A stretch of 64,000 nucleotides of DNA from Candidatus Sericytochromatia bacterium. GTDB taxonomy: Bacteria; Cyanobacteriota; Sericytochromatia; S15B-MN24; UBA4093. Both the position numbers and the translations under genes were made by a program. The DNA lies in the NCBI GenBank assembly GCA_036676495.1, contig JAKFCT010000010.1, positions 1 through 64,000 of the forward strand. Direction: 5' to 3'. Shown here in pieces: positions 57,915 through 64,000 of the stretch (position 1 is the first letter of the stretch; each line of letters starts with the position of its first letter). The notes beneath the pieces are model-generated. The model ran no database searches and had not been told where the DNA came from. It was given only the letters and a program-made list of their open reading frames with translations.

Positions 57915-58064
57915 TCAGTCCCCTTTCAAAACAACGACAAAACCCTTGGTTACTCCATCCTAATGCAGAAAACCACGCTTGGGAGTCACTTCGCGCAGAA
58001 ATTCATCCCTAGAACAGGATTCCGCGCCGGCAAGACGTGCTCGACACGGCGATGAGCGGCGGGA

Positions 58065-59129
58065 TCAGAGGAGATGCGCCGGATCGGGCAAGGATCGGCG
58101 AAAGGTTACCTTCTTGTGCCAGCGCAGCAGCTTCTGTTCGCCGACCGCAATCTGTTGCGGCTTGAGCGTCGCGTTGAGCGCCTTGAGGGCCGTCTGGGCC
58201 TCCACATGGTTCTGAGCGGCGGCAAGCCCGAACCAGAAGTAGGCCGTGGACGGGTCCCGCTCGACATGGTTTCCGAAGTTGTAGGCCGTGCCGAGCGCGT
58301 ACTGAGCCTCCGCATGCCCTTCTTCTCCCGCCTTCTGGTACCAACTCAACGCTTCTTTGCCGTCGAGGGGAACCCCGAACCCCATGGCGTGCATGTAACC
58401 GATGAGGAACATGGCGTCCGGATGATGATGTCGAGCGGCCTTGAGGAAGAGGGCATGAGCCATTGCGTAGTCCAAGGGGACACTCTGGGCATTGGCATAG
58501 AGTAAGGCCAGTTGGTAGTGCGCCTCCGCCAGATCTTGATCGCTTGCCTTCCGGTAGTACTCCCTCGCCGCGGCGAGGTCTTGCGGAACCCCCTCCCCGC
58601 GGTGATACAGAAGGCCCAGATTCAGTTCCCCGTAGGCATGCCCCGCCTCTGCGGCCAATCGGTACCAACGGGCAGCTTGCGAAAAGTCCTTGTCGAGCCC
58701 CTCGCCGTTTTCGTACATCCAGCCCAGGTAGACCTGGGCTGGCGGGAAGTTTTGCTGAGCAGCCAAGCGGAACCACGCTGCGGCGGCCGCTTCGTTCCGC
58801 TCCATGCCTTCGCCATCGTAGTAGACGACGCCCACATTGAACTGAGCCTCCGCGTTTCCTTGCTCCGCAGCCCGCTCCATCAAATCGAAGGCTTGAAGGA
58901 AGTCCGAATGCGACGAGAACTGAGCCGAGCCGAGGCTGAACGTGGCGACGTCCTCAGCGGGCTCACCGGCCAGCGTTCGATTTTCACTGCCGGGGGCAAG
59001 GAGCAAGTTGCCTAGCGGTTTTACCCACGCGCCTCCATGTCCGAGACCCAGCCAGACCGAAGCGGCGACTCCGAGCAGGGCAGTGCCCCCTATGAGCAAC
59101 CAAGCGCGAGGTTGAATCACCTGGACCAT
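58065..59129 (-). CDS. Sel1-repeat protein with N-terminal anchor
   Basis: About six AAEQG/AQFNVG..Y..G.G repeats. Confidence 0.88.
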   Translation of the reverse strand: MVQVIQPRAWLLIGGTALLGVAASVWLGLGHGGAWVKPLGNLLLAPGSENRTLAGEPAEDVATFSLGSAQFSSHSDFLQAFDLMERAAEQGNAEAQFNVGVVYYDGEGMERNEAAAAAWFRLAAQQNFPPAQVYLGWMYENGEGLDKDFSQAARWYRLAAEAGHAYGELNLGLLYHRGEGVPQDLAAAREYYRKASDQDLAEAHYQLALLYANAQSVPLDYAMAHALFLKAARHHHPDAMFLIGYMHAMGFGVPLDGKEALSWYQKAGEEGHAEAQYALGTAYNFGNHVERDPSTAYFWFGLAAAQNHVEAQTALKALNATLKPQQIAVGEQKLLRWHKKVTFRRSLPDPAHLL

Positions 59130-59312
59130 TCCTTGACGATTGAGGGCTCGAGCGGAAGGGAGGCCTGCACGCATCCTGGCTCGCCCGGCGTTGAATCCCG
59201 TCCGCTCCGGCTGAGCAAGCAACCCTTGGAATGATAACACGCATCCGCTGACTTTCCAGCTCAAAAACCTGGGCCCTACCGCGCGCAGGAGCCGGTTTTC
59301 AGGGCTCGGGGC

Positions 59313-60227
59313 TCACGCCATTTGAGGCGTCATGGCGACGAAGCCCTGCAGCAGGGCTGCCACCTGCTCCGGGTGCTCCCACATGGGGAAGTGCCCGCAG
59401 GGATCCAGGGCCACGAGTCGCGCGTCCGGATGATGCTCGGCCGCCGCGTGGAAGAGGTCGATCGGGAAGAGGGGATCCTGCGCGCCGGCCACCATCATGA
59501 TCGGGAAGGTCGCGTCCTTGAGGCGCTCGCGGTAGAGCGCGCTCGCGCCCGGCGTGAAATAGGCCTGGTTGGAGCGCATGGTGCTCAGGAAGGCCTGACG
59601 ATGATACGCGTCGGCGATCACCTCGCAGCCCTGGCGCAGGACCTCCTTGAGGCGATCGCCCCCCACCTGCGGGAGGTCATGGAAGAGCGTCTCGTAATAG
59701 CGGCGAATCCCCCAGGGGTGCTCGACGCCGAGCAGCGGCGTGGCCATCAGCATGGCTTCCCCGAGCACCGGACGCAAGAAGGGTTGGAACAGCTCGGGAA
59801 TCGGGACGTTCACCCAGACGGGCGGGACGCCGACGGTGGCGAGGCCCGCCACGCGGTGCGGGTTCATCAGGGCATACGAGCTGCCGATGAGACCGCCCAT
59901 CGAATGGGCGACGATCGTGACCCGATCGAGGCCGAGGGCGGCCAAAAAGCTGTCCAGGAAGCGGTGATAGAACGCGAGGGTGTAGGCCGTGAGCGGCCGA
60001 TCGGACTCGCCCCAGCCCGGGAAATCAGGCGCGAGGGTGCGTGCGTGGGCCGACAAGGCGACCTGGGTATCCCACCAGAACACGTTGCCGGCGGAGACCG
60101 CCCCGTGCAACAGCAGCACCGGAGGGCCGTCGCCCGCCTCGGTATACGTGATCCGGACCCCGTCGAGGACCACCTCGCGCTGGCACAAACCCTGACAACG
60201 AGATGATTCGCCGCCCTCAAAACGCAT
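59313..60227 (-). CDS. Alpha/beta hydrolase
   Basis: LLHG, DFPGWGES, AHSMGG, GAQD, CGH. Confidence 0.92.
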   Translation of the reverse strand: MRFEGGESSRCQGLCQREVVLDGVRITYTEAGDGPPVLLLHGAVSAGNVFWWDTQVALSAHARTLAPDFPGWGESDRPLTAYTLAFYHRFLDSFLAALGLDRVTIVAHSMGGLIGSSYALMNPHRVAGLATVGVPPVWVNVPIPELFQPFLRPVLGEAMLMATPLLGVEHPWGIRRYYETLFHDLPQVGGDRLKEVLRQGCEVIADAYHRQAFLSTMRSNQAYFTPGASALYRERLKDATFPIMMVAGAQDPLFPIDLFHAAAEHHPDARLVALDPCGHFPMWEHPEQVAALLQGFVAMTPQMA

Positions 60228-60539
60228 CCCTACCCCCTTTCCGCCTACGCTGTCTTTTTATACCTCCTCCAAAGCGCTTGGGACACGTCAGCTTGGACGG
60301 CAATCGGCCTGTACGGGGCGGCTTACGCCGGATCCTCATGGGATGAGCGAGGGTCCTTCGCACAACGGAAGCTCAGAGGCCTCCAGGATCCAAGGGCCGT
60401 ACCGAGCCCTTCGGGTCCGCATGGCCGCGGGACGAAACTTTGAGCCCCAGGAAGCCGATAAGGTACGGATGAGCAGGAAAAATGTCCTTTTGGCAACTCG
60501 TGTCATCCCCCCGAGCCTTGAGAACTAGAGGATCCAACC

Positions 60540-60965
60540 GTGCCCAGTCTTGAAATCACCATGCCGCGCGTCGCCCCCGCGACCAAGCGGCGGCTCGCCG
60601 AGACCCTTACCCAAGCATTCGCTGAGACGACGACCTTCGAGCCCGAGATCTTCGGGATCTCGTTTCGCGAGTACGACCTCGAGGAAGCTGCGCATGGGGG
60701 CAAGCTCTGGGACGGCAGCGGGATTCCCCATCTGCACTTCCTGCTCTGTATCCCCCGGATCTCCCGTGCGACCAAGCAAAAGCTCGCCGAGACGCTTTCC
60801 CGGGTCTTCGGTGAGGGCATCGGCAACCCGGACTGGACGCCGATCATCCACATCAACGAGCACCCCTACGACAATATCGTCGTCAGCGGAAAGCTCCTCA
60901 CGGATCTGCACCCGCCGCTGGCGACACTTCCCTTCTACTACCCGACGACGGATCGCGAGCCCTGA
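60540..60965 (+). CDS. Tautomerase superfamily protein (Pro-1, two fused beta-alpha-beta units)
   Basis: M-P start; internal duplication ATKRRLAETLT / ATKQKLAETLS. Confidence 0.8.
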   Translation: MPSLEITMPRVAPATKRRLAETLTQAFAETTTFEPEIFGISFREYDLEEAAHGGKLWDGSGIPHLHFLLCIPRISRATKQKLAETLSRVFGEGIGNPDWTPIIHINEHPYDNIVVSGKLLTDLHPPLATLPFYYPTTDREP

Positions 60966-61383
60966 AGGGCTCAGTGACAGGTGAGCGGCCTTGCGCCCTT
61001 CCAACGACGGCGCGCCAGCTTCGACGAGAGCGCGGGCCATGTGCGGATAGCCGAGGGGTGTGGACGAAAAACCGACGAGATCGGTAACTGATACGGACGT
61101 AAGAACAAGGCCCCGGAGTTACCTTGAAGCTGTGAGGAGTGAGACCTGAAACGAGTGAAGCGAAGGACGGTTAACACCCTTCGAGGCGACACCGCCACGC
61201 AGTTGATTTTGTGAACAGGTCAACAGCCCCTCCGGCCCCCGCCATCCGCGCGGGGGCCTCTTCCATTGAACCTCTTCAAAAGCCTTTCTTCCCACCTCGG
61301 ATCGCCGTCAGGAGGCCTGAACGTCGGGCGATCTGGCTCAGGGAAATCCCGGAACGCGCTCAGAGTAGGCACGATCTCCCGGA

Positions 61384-62736
61384 TTAAACGTCGGCGGTCG
61401 TGGAGAGCGTGGGATCGTGGGGAACGACTTCAGTGGCGCGGCGCCAGCGGGCCGTGGCGAAGTATGCGATCGTGGCCGCGCCCAGGGTCAGGACGGTCCA
61501 GAGAAGCGCCATCGGAAAGGCGATGAGGCTTCCGATCACGCTCCAGATCACTCCCAGCAAGTTGACGACCAGGGCCAGTAGGATCCCCTTCGAGATCGCC
61601 TTTCCCTTGATCTTAAGGACCGCGCTGGAGCTCAAGGCGCCAAAGAGGGCCAGGGTGACGCCCACGGCGTTCAGCATGACCTCGAAGGTGTTGGAGAGCA
61701 GCAGGATCACGGCCATCCCCGCGAGCAGCCCGACAGGGCCCGCACCGCCCCAGCGACCCTCGCGCCAACGCGCCCAGGACGGGAGGTAGCGATCACGGGC
61801 CATGGCGTCAGCGATCCAGGGTCCGGCCATGGCCATGGCAATGATGACCGAGACCAGGATCAGGAAGATCATGCCAGACGCCAGGCGGCCGCCGAAATCG
61901 CCCAGCAGGCGCAAAGCGACGAGGTGGCCGAGCGTGAGGGCTCCGCCTTCGGACTGCGTGGCGTGCTGCAGCTCCGCGGGCGAGAGGGCGGTCACGAAGA
62001 CGAAATTCAAGAGCATGTACATGAGCGTGACGGAGCCAAGCCCGAGAAACATCGCACGAGGAACGTTCTTGACGGGGTCCTTCACCTGGGAGGCGAGATA
62101 GACCGTCATACTCCAGCCCGTGAAGGCGAAGCCGACGTAGTTCTGCGCGGTGGCAAAGGGAACGCTCGTGATCGCACTGAGGGTCTGAAGCGTGGGCAGG
62201 GCGCGCGAGGGCTCCGTGATGCCCGAGAACAACGCTCCTGCGAGGAAAACTAGGATGATCCCGAGCTTGAGCAAGACCCCGATATTCTGGACGAGTTCCC
62301 CCCACTTGAGCCCGCCGGCCTGAACCGCACTAACGGCCAGTAGGACGAGCAGGCCGATGGGCATGGCGATCGCCCGGCCCGTGAGCACCTCGGCATAAGC
62401 ACCGGCGGCCACGGCGGCCAAGGCCATGGGAGCGGCAAAGCCGAAGATCAGGATGATCCAGCCTGCCAGGTAACCGGCAATGGGGTGGTAGAGGTCGTGG
62501 AGGTAGCGGTACTCTCCGCCACTCTGGGGGAGGTGGGCAGCGACCGCAGAGTAGCAAATGGCTCCGCAGGCGGCCAGGAGGCCTCCCAGCAGCCAACTCA
62601 AGAGAATGGCGGCGGGATCGAGGTCATGGGCCAGGAAGCCGCTGGTGATGAAGACTCCGCTGCCTATCATCGACGAGATGACCAGTCCGGTGGCACTGAA
62701 CAGTCCAAGCGGCGCGGTGAGACGGGCGGTGGACAT
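61384..62736 (-). CDS. APC-family amino acid permease (copy 2)
   Basis: Close paralogue of 56508..57914 along its whole length. Confidence 0.9.
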   Translation of the reverse strand: MSTARLTAPLGLFSATGLVISSMIGSGVFITSGFLAHDLDPAAILLSWLLGGLLAACGAICYSAVAAHLPQSGGEYRYLHDLYHPIAGYLAGWIILIFGFAAPMALAAVAAGAYAEVLTGRAIAMPIGLLVLLAVSAVQAGGLKWGELVQNIGVLLKLGIILVFLAGALFSGITEPSRALPTLQTLSAITSVPFATAQNYVGFAFTGWSMTVYLASQVKDPVKNVPRAMFLGLGSVTLMYMLLNFVFVTALSPAELQHATQSEGGALTLGHLVALRLLGDFGGRLASGMIFLILVSVIIAMAMAGPWIADAMARDRYLPSWARWREGRWGGAGPVGLLAGMAVILLLSNTFEVMLNAVGVTLALFGALSSSAVLKIKGKAISKGILLALVVNLLGVIWSVIGSLIAFPMALLWTVLTLGAATIAYFATARWRRATEVVPHDPTLSTTADV

Positions 62737-63164
62737 TCAGCCCCCTTTCAAAACAGCATCGAAATCACGGTATTCCCCAATCCTAGAGCACGAACGCCTG
62801 GCTATGCCACTAACAGGGGGAAATATGGCGGTTGTTTTCGCAGCCTTGTTAGGTTTTAAAAGCCTCCGGCCGAGACCTTCGACGGCTCGCAAAACAAAGC
62901 TGACGGGATGCAAGTTGCGCACGTCAGGTAAAGTGCCCTTGAGGGGATGCCAATCGATCTTTCTTCACCAAGCTATGCGATCGAGAGAGCATTGGTAGGT
63001 GTTCCTTGGCCCGAAGAGCTGAAGCGAGTGCATTTGTAAGCTGGAAAACCAACGGGTCCTGTATGATAGGGGAGCCTCGTAACGCGGCGCAGTTTGAGCC
63101 TCGCCTCTCTCCTTGCTCGCGGGGTGAGCCAACGTGTCATGCTCTCATAACAAGGAGTCCGCAG

Positions 63165-64000
63165 GTGTCAAAATTGCGCTTCAAGCTAGCAGGATCTATC
63201 CTCCTGGCTTGCCTGCTCTTCCTGGCAGGATGGGCATTCTGGTTTGAGCCCCGTGTCCTTGTAGCCAGAGAAGCGGCTCTCGACGTGCCACGCTGGAACC
63301 CCGCCCATGAGGGGCTCCGTGTTGCACTCTTGGCAGACCTCCATATCGGCTCCCCACAACATGGCATTGCGAAGTTGCGCGAGATCGTCGCCCGAGTGAA
63401 CCAGGCAGAGCCCGATGTCATTCTGCTTCTGGGCGATTTCGTCATTCAAGGCGTGAGAGGCGGAACTTTCGTCCCCCCTGAGGAAGCAGCAGTCGAGCTC
63501 TCCAAGCTTCGAGCCCCGTACGGGAAATTTGGGGTCTTGGGCAACCACGATTGGTGGTTGGACGGCCCAAGAGTCGCCGCGGCGCTCGAGAGCGCAGGCG
63601 TCACGATGCTGGAGAACACCTCCACGAAGCTGACCATAAACGGTCAACCGCTGTGGCTTGCTGGTGTCAGCGACTACGTCGCAAGCCAACCCGACTTGAA
63701 TTCAGCTCTCAGAGGGATCCCTGAGGATCACCCCGTCCTCTTGCTGAGCCACAATCCGGATTTTTTCCCGCACGTTCCTCAGCGGGTTTCCCTCACGGTC
63801 TCGGGGCATACCCATGGCGGCCAAGTCAATCTGCCGTTCATTGGTCGGCCCGTCGTTCCTTCCGCATTCGGCGAACGCTTTGCAGCTGGCCATGTCGTGG
63901 AGAACGGCCGACATCTCTACGTGTCTACCGGAACCGGAACCAGTATCTTGCCTGGTCGGTTCCGAGTGCCGCCAGAATGGGGGGTGCTGACGCTTCGCCC
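63165..64000 (+). CDS. Metallophosphoesterase (YkuE/YaeI-like), runs off window end
   Basis: Read manually: AAGGAG + GTG; TM helix, ADLH, LGDF, LGNHD, SHNPD, SGHTHGGQ. Confidence 0.9.
   Translation, partial: MSKLRFKLAGSILLACLLFLAGWAFWFEPRVLVAREAALDVPRWNPAHEGLRVALLADLHIGSPQHGIAKLREIVARVNQAEPDVILLLGDFVIQGVRGGTFVPPEEAAVELSKLRAPYGKFGVLGNHDWWLDGPRVAAALESAGVTMLENTSTKLTINGQPLWLAGVSDYVASQPDLNSALRGIPEDHPVLLLSHNPDFFPHVPQRVSLTVSGHTHGGQVNLPFIGRPVVPSAFGERFAAGHVVENGRHLYVSTGTGTSILPGRFRVPPEWGVLTLR

Overview
High-GC bacterial chromosomal window with about 60 mostly housekeeping, envelope and stress genes. No rRNA, tRNA, cas gene, integrase or transposase is recognisable. Cyanobacteria-type Ccs1/CcsA, a CoaX lacking the motif-1 Asp, a CGAAC-N4-GTTCG LexA box, an outer-membrane porin and no photosynthesis genes suggest a non-photosynthetic Cyanobacteriota relative such as Sericytochromatia (inference only). 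Main genes: STAND-ATPase/TPR, degenerate REC-PilZ, MFS-GT4-rlmD-AI2E-menI operon, hemA/ccs1-ccsA, LysM operon, coaX, rpmB, hslO, hppD, KtrAB, a PolX/DinG/Fpg-like repair neighbourhood, a Mn riboswitch-UPF0016 next to a P-type ATPase, yqjG-SRPBCC-porin-YceI, a persulfide module (trxA-CoADR/RHD-rhodanese) and duplicated APC permeases. The most unusual signals are non-coding. One is a modular, CTAG-delimited palindromic repeat family found as two arrays (4.1 kb and 18.4 kb), each starting at a gene's TAG stop. The others are three candidate small RNA genes: 9.8 kb and 24.4 kb, both with a promoter and terminator, and 61.1 kb, with a Yfr1-like motif.
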